Of a stretch of DNA of 32,000 nt, positions 7,178-16,063 are shown piece by piece. Each line of letters starts with the position of its first letter. Position 1 is the first letter of the stretch. The position numbers and the translations under genes are program-made. Origin of the DNA: Nostoc punctiforme PCC 73102 (GTDB lineage: Bacteria; Cyanobacteriota; Cyanobacteriia; Cyanobacteriales; Nostocaceae); NCBI RefSeq assembly GCF_000020025.1, contig NC_010628.1, positions 7,050,001 through 7,082,000 on the forward strand, read 5' to 3'. The notes below the pieces were generated by a model. The model was given only the letters and a program-made list of their open reading frames with translations, was not told the DNA's origin and did no database searches.

Positions 7178-9976
7178 ATGCGAATTCCTACCGCAACTTA
7201 TCGAATTCAGTTTACACCCCAGTTTGGCTTTGACAATGCTAAAGCGATCGCAGCTTATCTAGCAGATTTGGGTATTTCCGATTTATATGCCTCCCCCATT
7301 TTCAAAGCCCGCTCCGGGAGTACCCACGGTTACGATATAGTAGATGCCACTCAACTTAACCCAGAACTGGGAACTAATGAATCCTTTGATGCCTTAGTTA
7401 GCGAAGTCCAATCCCTTAGTATGGGTTGGTTACAAGATATAGTGCCCAACCACATGGCCTATAGCAGCGAAAACGATTATTTGATGGACATACTGGAACA
7501 CGGCCCAGATTCCAGCTATACTGACTACTTCGATCTTTCTTGGAATGCTCCCTTTGGCGATCGCCAAGAGCGAATTCTTGCTCCTTTGCTGGGAGATTTC
7601 TACGGTGCATCCCTAGAAAACGGACACATTCAACTACAATACGAACAAAACGGTTTAACCGTAAATTATTACAGCTTAAAACTGCCGCTACGATTAGAGT
7701 CTTATACAAAATTTATTACCCATAATCTGGGCAAACTAACTCGCACACTCGGACGCAATCACCCCGATTTTATTAAACTCTTGGGTATTTTGTATATTCT
7801 CAAAAGTGTGCCCTCAGAAGTTGCGGGAAAACAGCGACAAGACCAAATTGCATTTATTAAAGGATTGGTTTGGGAACTCTACACCACAAATGATGCCATC
7901 CGCGAGTTTATTGACGAAAATATCCAAACCTTCAACGGAGAACCAGGGAATTCAGAAAGCTTTAACTTGCTAGATGAATTACTCAACGATCAATTTTACC
8001 GTCTCGCTTTCTGGAAAGTTGGGGCGGAAGAAATGAACTACCGCCGTTTCTTTACTGTCAACGAACTGATTTCCGTTAAAGTTGAAGAAGTGCGGGTTTT
8101 TAATAACACCCATAGCCTAATTAACAAGCTAGTTGAGGAAGGCAAATTTACAGGCTTACGCATCGACCATATTGATGGACTTTATAACCCAATCCAGTAT
8201 CTACAAAGGTTACGAGAAAAGACGGGAGATGTTTATATTACGGTCGAGAAGATTTTAGAACTCACTGAAGAACTGCCGGAAAACTGGGAAATTGAAGGTA
8301 CATCGGGATATGACTTTCTTAATTATGTAAATGGTGTATTTTGTCAAACTGAAAATGAATCATCCTTCGATAAAATTTATCAAAACTTTATTGGTTCCAG
8401 AGTAGATTATTCATCGGTAGTCAAGGATAAAAAGCATTTGATACTAGAAAAGAATTTAGCGGGTGATATTGACAATTTGGCTCTTTTGTTAAAGAACATT
8501 TCCAGCAAATACCGCTATGGCAATGACTTTACACTCAATGGCTTGAAAAGAGCGATCGCAGAAGTTTTAACTCTGTTCCCGATTTACCGTACATATATTA
8601 CACCAGATGGAATTGGGGAAAGCGATCGCGATACCATTCAAGAAGTAATTCGCCAAGCCAAAGAACAAACGCCCTTGTTGCAGCATGAACTGACTTTTAT
8701 TGAAAAGTTAATGGTGCTAGATTTTGATAATTCTCTGACTCAAACAGAACGCGAACAGTGGATATATTTTGTATTGCGGATGCAGCAATACAGCGGCCCG
8801 CTAATGGCCAAAGGTGTAGAAGATACCACGTTATATGTTTACAATCGGTTACTGTCATTAAATGAAGTCGGGGGAAATCCCGGTCACTTTGGTATCGATT
8901 TAGCCAAATTTCATGCCTTTAATAAACAGCACCAAGCAACCTGGCCTCACACAATGAACACCACAGCTACCCACGACACCAAACGCGGCGAAGATGTGAG
9001 GGCTAGATTGAATGTGTTGTCAGAAATCCCCGATGAATGGGATCAGCAGGTAAATACCTGGAGTGCTATTAATCGAGGAAGTCGCAGTCATCGCCACGGG
9101 TTTGCTATGCCCGATCGCAACGATGAGTATTTTCTCTATCAAACCCTTGTAGGGGCGTTTCCCTTTGCGGAACACGAACACGCATCCTTCGTGGAACGCG
9201 TGAAAGACTATATAATTAAGGCAATTCGAGAAGCGAAAGTGCATACAGCATGGTTGCGACCTGATAGCGAGTATGAAGAAGCCTGTACTTCCTTCATTGA
9301 AAAGGTACTAGACCCTTCCATCTCCAAAGAATTTCTAGAAGCCTTTCGTCCCTTTCAGCAGCGAATTGCAGAGTATGGTATCTTCAATTCCCTTTCCCAA
9401 ACTCTGCTGAAGATTACCGCACCCGGCGTACCCGATTTATACCAAGGAACAGAACTTTGGGAACTCAGCCTAGTCGATCCAGACAATCGCCGTCCCGTGG
9501 ATTTTGAACAACGGCGTACTTACTTAAACGCCATCCGCGAGCAAGCCAAAACAGATATTCTCGGACTAATTCAGGAGTTGCTAAACGACAAAACGGACGG
9601 CAGAATCAAACTGTTTTTAACGGCTCAATTACTCAAAGCCAGAACAAACTATGTCTCATTATTCCAGGATGGCGACTATCTGCCCTTAGAAGTTCAAGGA
9701 ACTTACGCCAATCACATTATTGCCTTTGCACGGCGGGAAGGAAATCAAACAGCGATCGCGATCGCGCCTCGCTTTTTAACTAGCCTCATCCAGCCTGGAG
9801 ACAACCCCCTGGGCGAGTCAGTTTGGCAAGATACCCACCTACAATTACCCCCTGGAACTCCCCTCACCTGGACAAATGTTCTCACTCAGCAACCTTTACA
9901 GGCAACACAAACCTTATCTATCGGTTCAGCCCTCGCCCATTTTCCTGTTGCTTTGTTAGTTAGTAGTGCAGAATGA
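7178..9976 (+). CDS. treY: Malto-oligosyltrehalose synthase (GH13)
   Basis: MRIPTATYRIQFTPQFGFDNA...GISDLYASPIFKARSGSTHGYD...LQDIVPNHMA...GLRIDHIDGL is the canonical TreY N-terminus and GH13 regions. I placed the start at the ATG at 7178, since TreY proteins begin at the (M)xxPxATYRxQ motif. The track ORF extends 33 codons upstream into repeat sequence. Confidence 0.92.
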   Translation: MRIPTATYRIQFTPQFGFDNAKAIAAYLADLGISDLYASPIFKARSGSTHGYDIVDATQLNPELGTNESFDALVSEVQSLSMGWLQDIVPNHMAYSSENDYLMDILEHGPDSSYTDYFDLSWNAPFGDRQERILAPLLGDFYGASLENGHIQLQYEQNGLTVNYYSLKLPLRLESYTKFITHNLGKLTRTLGRNHPDFIKLLGILYILKSVPSEVAGKQRQDQIAFIKGLVWELYTTNDAIREFIDENIQTFNGEPGNSESFNLLDELLNDQFYRLAFWKVGAEEMNYRRFFTVNELISVKVEEVRVFNNTHSLINKLVEEGKFTGLRIDHIDGLYNPIQYLQRLREKTGDVYITVEKILELTEELPENWEIEGTSGYDFLNYVNGVFCQTENESSFDKIYQNFIGSRVDYSSVVKDKKHLILEKNLAGDIDNLALLLKNISSKYRYGNDFTLNGLKRAIAEVLTLFPIYRTYITPDGIGESDRDTIQEVIRQAKEQTPLLQHELTFIEKLMVLDFDNSLTQTEREQWIYFVLRMQQYSGPLMAKGVEDTTLYVYNRLLSLNEVGGNPGHFGIDLAKFHAFNKQHQATWPHTMNTTATHDTKRGEDVRARLNVLSEIPDEWDQQVNTWSAINRGSRSHRHGFAMPDRNDEYFLYQTLVGAFPFAEHEHASFVERVKDYIIKAIREAKVHTAWLRPDSEYEEACTSFIEKVLDPSISKEFLEAFRPFQQRIAEYGIFNSLSQTLLKITAPGVPDLYQGTELWELSLVDPDNRRPVDFEQRRTYLNAIREQAKTDILGLIQELLNDKTDGRIKLFLTAQLLKARTNYVSLFQDGDYLPLEVQGTYANHIIAFARREGNQTAIAIAPRFLTSLIQPGDNPLGESVWQDTHLQLPPGTPLTWTNVLTQQPLQATQTLSIGSALAHFPVALLVSSAE

Positions 9977-10030
9977 AGAGTCCTGAGTAGGTAAAAAGAT
10001 GAATCCGTCTTACGCAGATAAACTCCTAAA

Positions 10031-10073
10031 ACCTCTGCGTACCTCTGCGATTCCCTTTGCGTTCCTCTGCGTT
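10031..10073. repeat. Short tandem 10-11-bp repeat (ACCTCTGCGT x4, degenerate) in the treY-treH spacer
   Basis: ACCTCTGCGT / ACCTCTGCGAT / TCCCTTTGCGT / TCCTCTGCGTT, followed by an A7 run. The upstream inverted copy TACGCAGA (about 10010) can pair with the first unit. Confidence 0.6.
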
Positions 10074-10116
10074 AAAAAAATTCTTCCAAACTCCTCACAC
10101 CCCGTCAAATTAAATT

Positions 10117-11634
10117 ATGATCACTCCCTCACAACTTACCACCACACAAATTGACACCGTGCGGACTCATATCAAAAAAACGTGGAAAACCTTAACGCGA
10201 TCGCACGAACACCTATTACAATCTGCCAAGGATACCAAACTAGACCACAAACCAGGCACTCCCTGGATCGTCTATATTTCCCCCTTAGAAGATTGTCCCG
10301 ACATTCAGACTGTATTAGAGCGATCGCTATCTTCCAAAGATATGCAAGGAATTGAAATTCGCACTTTGCCGTCAGAAGTAGAAGCGATTAAACAGCATGG
10401 CTTACTATACCTACCAGGACCTTATGTCGTACCAGGTGGTCGATTTAACGAAATGTATGGCTGGGACAGCTACTTTATATTACTGGGACTTTTGCACGAT
10501 CGAGAATGGGAGCTAGCGCAAAGCCAGGTAGACCAATTATTGTACCAGGTGAAGCATTACGGCACTATCCTCAATGCCAACCGAACTTATATGCTGTCGC
10601 GATCGCAACCCCCTGTCCTCAGCATGATGGTTTTGGCATTATTTCAGCACACCCAGGATGAAGAGTGGTTGAGGACAACCGTACCACTGCTAGAACAATT
10701 TTACTATTACTGGGTAGTACCGCCTCATTTGAATCCCGGAACCGGCTTATCCAGATTTTATGCCTTTGGCGAAGGCCCCGCGCCAGAAGTTGTGTTCTCC
10801 GAGCGAGATGAGGAGGGAAAAAGCCACTACGATCGCGTCAAGGAATATTACCAAACCTTTGAGATTGAAGATTACGACGTTAATCTTTACTATGATCGGG
10901 AAAATGACAAACTGACCCACCTATTTTACAAGGCCGATCGCACCATGCGCGAGTCCGGTTTTGATATCACCAACCGATTTGGCCCCTTCAGTGCTGATAT
11001 CCTCCACTATGCTCCTGTGTGCCTCAACAGTTTGCTGTATCAGGTAGAACAAGACTTGGCGCAAATTAACGCTATTTTGGGGAACGAACAACTGGAAAAA
11101 CAATGGCGCGATCGCGGCGAATATCGGCGCGATCGGATCGATCAATTTCTCTGGAATGAAGAACGAGGACTCTATTGCGACTATCACTTCCAGAGTGGAA
11201 AACGCCGTTGCTACGAATTTGCTACCACATTCTATCCCCTATGGCTGGGAATTTCTTCTCAAGCCCAAGCCCAGCGTGTCGTGGAAAATCTCTCTTTGTT
11301 TGAAGCCCCAGGCGGAATTCTTACCAGTACTCATATCACCGGAAACCAGTGGGATGCACCTTTTGGTTGGGCACCATTGACATTAATTGCTGTTCAGGGG
11401 CTTCACCGTTACGGGTTTCATACAGAAGGCGATCGCATTGCCAACAAATTCCTGGCGATGGTAATTAAAGAATTCGAGCGTCACAACACCCTAGTTGAGA
11501 AATACGATGTTGAACGCTGTTCTGCCAACGTTTCTGACGAAATCTCCTTTGGATATAGTTCTAACGAAGTTGGCTTCGGCTGGACAAATGGAGTTATTCT
11601 GGAACTCTTAGCAGCCCGTGGGAAAAAAGTTTAA
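10117..11634 (+). CDS. treH: Trehalase (glycoside hydrolase family 37)
   Basis: 505 aa carrying both GH37 signatures: PGGRFNEMYGWDSYF and QWDAPFGWAPL. It is the third gene of the treZ-treY-treH block. Confidence 0.9.
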   Translation: MITPSQLTTTQIDTVRTHIKKTWKTLTRSHEHLLQSAKDTKLDHKPGTPWIVYISPLEDCPDIQTVLERSLSSKDMQGIEIRTLPSEVEAIKQHGLLYLPGPYVVPGGRFNEMYGWDSYFILLGLLHDREWELAQSQVDQLLYQVKHYGTILNANRTYMLSRSQPPVLSMMVLALFQHTQDEEWLRTTVPLLEQFYYYWVVPPHLNPGTGLSRFYAFGEGPAPEVVFSERDEEGKSHYDRVKEYYQTFEIEDYDVNLYYDRENDKLTHLFYKADRTMRESGFDITNRFGPFSADILHYAPVCLNSLLYQVEQDLAQINAILGNEQLEKQWRDRGEYRRDRIDQFLWNEERGLYCDYHFQSGKRRCYEFATTFYPLWLGISSQAQAQRVVENLSLFEAPGGILTSTHITGNQWDAPFGWAPLTLIAVQGLHRYGFHTEGDRIANKFLAMVIKEFERHNTLVEKYDVERCSANVSDEISFGYSSNEVGFGWTNGVILELLAARGKKV

Positions 11635-11679
11635 ATAAAATAAAGGCGTGAGTTTTTTCCTCACGCCTTTATTTTATTT
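11633..11679 (+). terminator. Strong bidirectional intrinsic terminator after treH
   Basis: Perfect 20-bp inverted repeat AAATAAAATAAAGGCGTGAG (11633-11652) / CTCACGCCTTTATTTTATTT (11660-11679). It has a GC core GGCGTGAG/CTCACGCC, a 7-nt loop, and T-runs on both strands. It overlaps the treH stop codon. Confidence 0.8.
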
Positions 11680-11736
11680 ATTACACTTGACTCTATATAG
11701 CTACTGGCTCGTACCAAATCACTAGGAATAATCACA

Positions 11737-12357
11737 ATGGTTCAATCAGCCTCAAAAATTCTAACCGTTGATGAATTTGTTAGCCACTATGGTGAGTGCG
11801 ATCGCTATGAACTAATTGATGGTGAATTAATTGAGATGGAATCAACCGGGCCACACGAGCAAGTATCTGCGTTGATTGGGCGAAAACTGAATGTATAAAT
11901 TGACAGTCAGGATCTAAGCTACTTTATCCCCCATCGCTGTCTAATCAAACTATTAGGAACAGAAACAGCTTTTCGTCCCGATTTGATTATGTTAGACCAA
12001 ACTCAATTAATTAATGAACCCTTGTGGCAACAAGAACCTGTAATTACATAAGCAAACTCGATTAAACTAATTGCTGAAGTTGTCAGCACAAACTGGCAGA
12101 ACGACTACGCCCGCAAAGCTGAAGATTATGCCCTGTTAGAAGTTCCTAAATATTGGATTGTTGATTATCTGGGCATTGGTGGCAGAGAATACATTGGCAA
12201 ACCAAAACAGCCAACAGTGACAATTTGTACTCTAATAGAGGATGAGTATTAAAAACATTTGTTTCAAAACAATGAAAAACTTATTTCCTCAATCTTTTCC
12301 AACTTGCAACTAACGACACAAAAAATCTTGACGGCTGGACAAGCTGTTTCCAAGTAA
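11737..12357 (+). pseudogene. Uma2 family endonuclease paralogue interrupted by three in-frame TAA codons (no frameshift)
   Basis: A single frame from ATG 11737 reads MVQSASKILTVDEFVSHYGECDRYELIDGELIEMESTGPHEQVSALIGRKLNV*IDSQDLSYFIPHRCLIKLLGTETAFRPDLIMLDQTQLINEPLWQQEPVIT*ANSIKLIAEVVSTNWQNDYARKAEDYALLEVPKYWIVDYLGIGG...EDEY*KHLF...SK*. It is colinear with the intact Uma2 protein at 3309-3914. Stops are at 11896-98, 12049-51 and 12250-52, and the terminal stop is at 12355-57. Confidence 0.8.
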
Positions 12358-12422
12358 GTGGTTGTGAACAATTGATTTTTGCAATATCTCTATATATCAA
12401 GAGCCGGAATACAGAATAAATT

Positions 12423-12458
12423 AAAACTGGTGGCACATTGTAATGCGCCACCAGTTTT
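12423..12458. terminator. Bidirectional intrinsic terminator (serves the minus-strand small ORF and/or the plus-strand Uma2 remnant)
   Basis: AAAACTGGTGGC (12423-12434) / GCCACCAGTTTT (12447-12458) forms a perfect 12-bp stem. An A-run lies on the 5' side and a T-run on the 3' side. Confidence 0.65.
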
Positions 12459-12598
12459 AAATAAAGGGATTTAAGTACAGAGCTAAATTTAGAATCAAGT
12501 GGTTTTCAATTATATGGTTGATCTGAATCTTCAACTCACTGCCCAAGCTGAATTGTGAATTTTGACTCCTGTATTCTCTATCAATTCTATATCAGCAG

Positions 12599-12754
12599 CT
12601 ACCAAGTGTCGGCTGTACGTTTATCATAAGGCTCACCTGTAAAAGGTTGTACCCCAATAGCAGGATAAGCATCATCATTCGGGCCAAAAATCCGCATTGC
12701 TGCTTCAGAAATATACCGAGTTATATTAGCAATGATTTGGGAAATAGCCATCAT
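12599..12754 (-). CDS. Small hypothetical protein (51 aa), below the ORF-track size cutoff
   Basis: MMAISQIIANITRYISEAAMRIFGPNDDAYPAIGVQPFTGEPYDKRTADTW*. It is preceded by a good Shine-Dalgarno (AAAAAAGGAGTCAAAT-ATG). The terminator at 12423-12458 lies downstream. I do not recognise the family. Confidence 0.45.
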   Translation of the reverse strand: MMAISQIIANITRYISEAAMRIFGPNDDAYPAIGVQPFTGEPYDKRTADTW

Positions 12755-13138
12755 ATTTGACTCCTTTTTTGAGTCGCTTTAATTGTGCTACCTATACTCT
12801 AATACCAATATTCTTAGCTAGCTCTACTTCTCAATATATTGAGAATATATGCAATGTTTATTCAGATAACTTCGCAATACTTTAGCTTGTTAAAAAATTA
12901 AACGTTTATCTTTGATTCTAATTGAAACTTATCTATTTATCCAAATCCTGTCTGGAAAAGAGGCTGGCAAACAAACTTGCCTTAGGAGGATATTATTTTA
13001 TTTCATTAGCAGACTGTAAAATTAACATTATTGCTAGGTTTTACTATTAAAAAATATTAAATATTTTATAAAGCTAGTATAAATTTACCTATGAATCTAC
13101 TGTTACACAGCAATCTCATGAAATATCCTGAACGGTAG

Positions 13139-13173
13139 TTGACATTATTTATGGTAAATATTACCATAAATAA
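13139..13173 (+). promoter_or_regulatory. Predicted pncB promoter (-35 TTGACA, 17-nt spacer, -10 TACCAT) overlapped by a 29-bp near-perfect palindrome (candidate NrtR operator)
   Basis: TTGACA is at 13139-13144 and TACCAT at 13162-13167. The palindrome TTATTTATGGTAA-ATA-TTACCATAAATAA spans 13145-13173 with 13/13 complementary arm positions. It ends 28 nt before the pncB ATG. Confidence 0.5.
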
Positions 13174-13201
13174 AAGAAGCAGCTTGTAAGGAATCTCTTG
13201 C

Positions 13202-14617
13202 ATGACAACTTTGCCAGATTTGGACTATGTATATAAACAGCAAAGCCAGCAGAATCAGGAACTAAACCTCTCGGCTGATGACTACAGCTTGCTGACCGAT
13301 CTTTATCAATTGACAATGGCAGCTTGTTACACAGGCGAAGGTATCGAACAACGACGGGCTAGCTTTGAGTTGTCTGTCAGACGATTGCCAGAGGGTTTTG
13401 GTTATTTAATTGCAATGGGGCTAACGCAGGCATTGGAATATTTAGCCAAAATTCGCTTTAGTTCCGCGCAAATTGCGGCATTACAGGCAACGGGAATTTT
13501 CGCTCACGCAGGCGATCGCTTTTGGTCACTTTTAGCTGAGGGAAAATTTACTGGTGATGTTTGGGCAGTACCGGAAGGGACGGCTGTATTTGCCAATCAA
13601 CCACTGTTGCGGGTGGAAGCACCACTTTGGCAAGCGCAACTAGTGGAAACTTACCTCTTGAATACGATTAATTACCAGACTTTGATTGCCACAAAAGCAG
13701 CACGGTTGCGGGATATAGCGGGGGAATCAGCAACACTTTTAGAATTTGGCACCAGACGAGCATTTAGCCCCCAAGGGTCTTTGTGGGCGGCGCGGGCGGC
13801 GTTGGCGGGTGGTTTAGATTCCACTTCCAATGTGTTAGCAGCGCTACAACTGGGACAACAGCCAAGTGGTACGATGGCACACGCCTTAGTGATGGCATTG
13901 TCAGCAATAGAAGGCACTGAAGAACAAGCTTTTAGTGCATTTCATCGATATTTTCCGGGTGCGCCATTACTAATTGATACTTACGATACCATTGCCGCTG
14001 CCGGGCGCTTGGCCGAAAAAGTAAATTCCGGGGAAATGCAATTAACAGGAGTGAGATTAGACTCAGGAGATTTAGTTACCTTATCAAAACAGGTGCGATC
14101 GCTCCTTCCAGGTGTGCCAATTTTTGCCAGTGGCGACTTGGATGAGTGGGAAATTGCCAGATTAAAAGCTGCTGGGGCCGAAATTGATGGTTACGGATTG
14201 GGAACCAGATTAGTTACAGGTTCGCCTGTAAATGGAGTTTATAAACTTGTAGACATTGATGGCATCCCAGTGATGAAACAGTCCAGTGGTAAAGTTACTT
14301 ATCCAGGACGCAAGCAGATTTTTCGCTCGTATACGGGAGGTAAGGTAAAAGCAGACAGGTTGGGACTCTTAGGTGAAAGTTCTCAAGAAGAAGAACCTTT
14401 GTTGCAGTTAGTAGTGCAAGAGGGTCAACGGGTACAACCGTTAGAGTCTTTGGCAACAATTCGTCAACGTACCGCAGTTTCAGTTGCCAGTTTGCCACAA
14501 CAAACACGGCTTTTGGATCATCCTGTGGCTGTAGAAGTCGAGATTTCTGAGGCGTTACGAGTGTTGACTGAAGAGACTAAGAAACGAACCGCAGAGGCGC
14601 TGAGTACACAGAGGTAA
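13202..14617 (+). CDS. pncB: Nicotinate phosphoribosyltransferase
   Basis: 471 aa. LLTDLYQLTMAACY..., LLEFGTRRA, GTMAHALVMA and IDTYDT...GVRLDSGD are conserved NAPRTase family motifs. Confidence 0.9.
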   Translation: MTTLPDLDYVYKQQSQQNQELNLSADDYSLLTDLYQLTMAACYTGEGIEQRRASFELSVRRLPEGFGYLIAMGLTQALEYLAKIRFSSAQIAALQATGIFAHAGDRFWSLLAEGKFTGDVWAVPEGTAVFANQPLLRVEAPLWQAQLVETYLLNTINYQTLIATKAARLRDIAGESATLLEFGTRRAFSPQGSLWAARAALAGGLDSTSNVLAALQLGQQPSGTMAHALVMALSAIEGTEEQAFSAFHRYFPGAPLLIDTYDTIAAAGRLAEKVNSGEMQLTGVRLDSGDLVTLSKQVRSLLPGVPIFASGDLDEWEIARLKAAGAEIDGYGLGTRLVTGSPVNGVYKLVDIDGIPVMKQSSGKVTYPGRKQIFRSYTGGKVKADRLGLLGESSQEEEPLLQLVVQEGQRVQPLESLATIRQRTAVSVASLPQQTRLLDHPVAVEVEISEALRVLTEETKKRTAEALSTQR

Positions 14618-14705
14618 TAATTGCTCTTTCGGTATGTGTTAATTACGAACTACTAATTACGTTAGCGCAGCGTTAGCGAGTCCTCGAGCGTCATTACGAA
14701 TTACT

Positions 14706-15305
14706 ATGAGAGTTGCTTTGTTTGGTACTAGTGCCGATCCACCAACTGCGGGACATCAAAAAATTCTGAGTTGGTTGTCTGAGCGTTATGATTGGGTAGC
14801 GGTTTGGGCAGCAGATAATCCATTTAAGTCCCATCAAACACCCTTAGAACATCGGGCGGCAATGTTGCGACTGTTGATTACGGATATAGACGCGCCAAGG
14901 CACAATATTGCTTTGGAACAAGAATTAAGTAGCTTCAGAACACTGGAAACAGTAGGAAAAGCGAAGCTTATTTGGGGTGAAGACGCTGAATTGACTTTGA
15001 TTATTGGTTCAGATTTACTGAGTCAGCTACCACGTTGGTATCGCATTGAAGATTTGTTACAGGAAGTGCAACTACTGATTGTACCGCGACCCGGATATGC
15101 AATAGATGAGTCTAGTTCAGAGGTAGTGCAAAAGCTGGGAGGGAAAATTGCGATCGCTAGTCTGATCGGTCTAGATGTTTCCTCAACAGCGTACCGCGAA
15201 CATGGAGATTCTCAAGCCCTCACAGCCCCTGTAGTTGCCTATATTAATCGAGAGCATTTGTACGAATGCCAGGACGTTCACAAAAAAAGATACCAACTCC
15301 GTTAA
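14706..15305 (+). CDS. nadD: Nicotinate-nucleotide adenylyltransferase
   Basis: 199 aa. The N-terminus MRVALFGTSADPPTAGH carries the nucleotidyltransferase (H/T)xGH motif. Length and context (between pncB and nadE) fit NadD. Confidence 0.85.
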   Translation: MRVALFGTSADPPTAGHQKILSWLSERYDWVAVWAADNPFKSHQTPLEHRAAMLRLLITDIDAPRHNIALEQELSSFRTLETVGKAKLIWGEDAELTLIIGSDLLSQLPRWYRIEDLLQEVQLLIVPRPGYAIDESSSEVVQKLGGKIAIASLIGLDVSSTAYREHGDSQALTAPVVAYINREHLYECQDVHKKRYQLR

Positions 15306-16012
15306 ACCAACAACCTTTGGCCGATTTCAAGGTTGGTGTTGATAATGTAATTTTTTCTGTAGATACTGTACAAAATCGGCTGTTAGTTCTACTAGTAATG
15401 CGACAGCAAGAACCATTTCTAAATCATTGGAGTCTTCCCGGTACTTTAGTGCGTCCCGGAGAGTCTTTAGAAGATGCCGCCTATCGCATTATGGCGGAGA
15501 AAATTAAGGTCAACAATCTCTATTTAGAACAACTCTATACATTTGGCGGGCCGAATCGCGATCCACGGGAAGCAACTGATAGTTATGGTGTGCGTTATCT
15601 ATCAGTTAGTTACTTTGCCCTAGTGCGATTTGAAGAAGCCGAATTGATTGCCGATCGCATGACTGGCATAGCTTGGTATCCAGTAAAACAAGTGCCACAG
15701 TTAGCTTTTGACCATAATGAAATTCTGGCCTATGGACATAGGCGGTTGCGAAATAAATTAGAGTATAGTCCGGTGGCTTTTGAAGTCTTGCCAGAAATGT
15801 TCACCTTGAATGATTTATATCAGTTATACGCCACAGTTTTAGGTGATAACTTTTCCGATTATTCTAATTTTCGGGCGCGTCTACTCAAGTTAGGTTTTTT
15901 ATGCGATACCGGAATTAAGGTATCACGGGGTGCTGGTCGTCCGGCTAGCTTGTATAAGTTTGACGCGGAAGCTTTTGCTCCCTTAAAAGATAAACCTTTG
16001 GTGTTTATTTAA
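15266..16012 (+). CDS. nrtR: NrtR-type Nudix-related transcriptional regulator (Nudix-fold domain with degenerate Nudix box plus C-terminal winged helix)
   Basis: The N-terminal Nudix fold is VGVDNVIFSV...WSLPGTLVRPGESLEDAAYRIMAEKIKV. The C-terminal wHTH-like tail is FTLNDLYQLYATVLG...NFRARLLKLGFL...GAGRPASLYKF. It is embedded in an NAD gene block. Start is uncertain: ATG 15266 overlaps nadD by 40 nt, and an in-frame TTG at 15317 lies 12 nt after the nadD stop. Confidence 0.8.
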   Translation: MPGRSQKKIPTPLNQQPLADFKVGVDNVIFSVDTVQNRLLVLLVMRQQEPFLNHWSLPGTLVRPGESLEDAAYRIMAEKIKVNNLYLEQLYTFGGPNRDPREATDSYGVRYLSVSYFALVRFEEAELIADRMTGIAWYPVKQVPQLAFDHNEILAYGHRRLRNKLEYSPVAFEVLPEMFTLNDLYQLYATVLGDNFSDYSNFRARLLKLGFLCDTGIKVSRGAGRPASLYKFDAEAFAPLKDKPLVFI

Positions 16013-16063
16013 CCAATCTCTACCCCAAGTCCAGAGTTAAAAGTCTTCAGTCCAGAGTAACTT

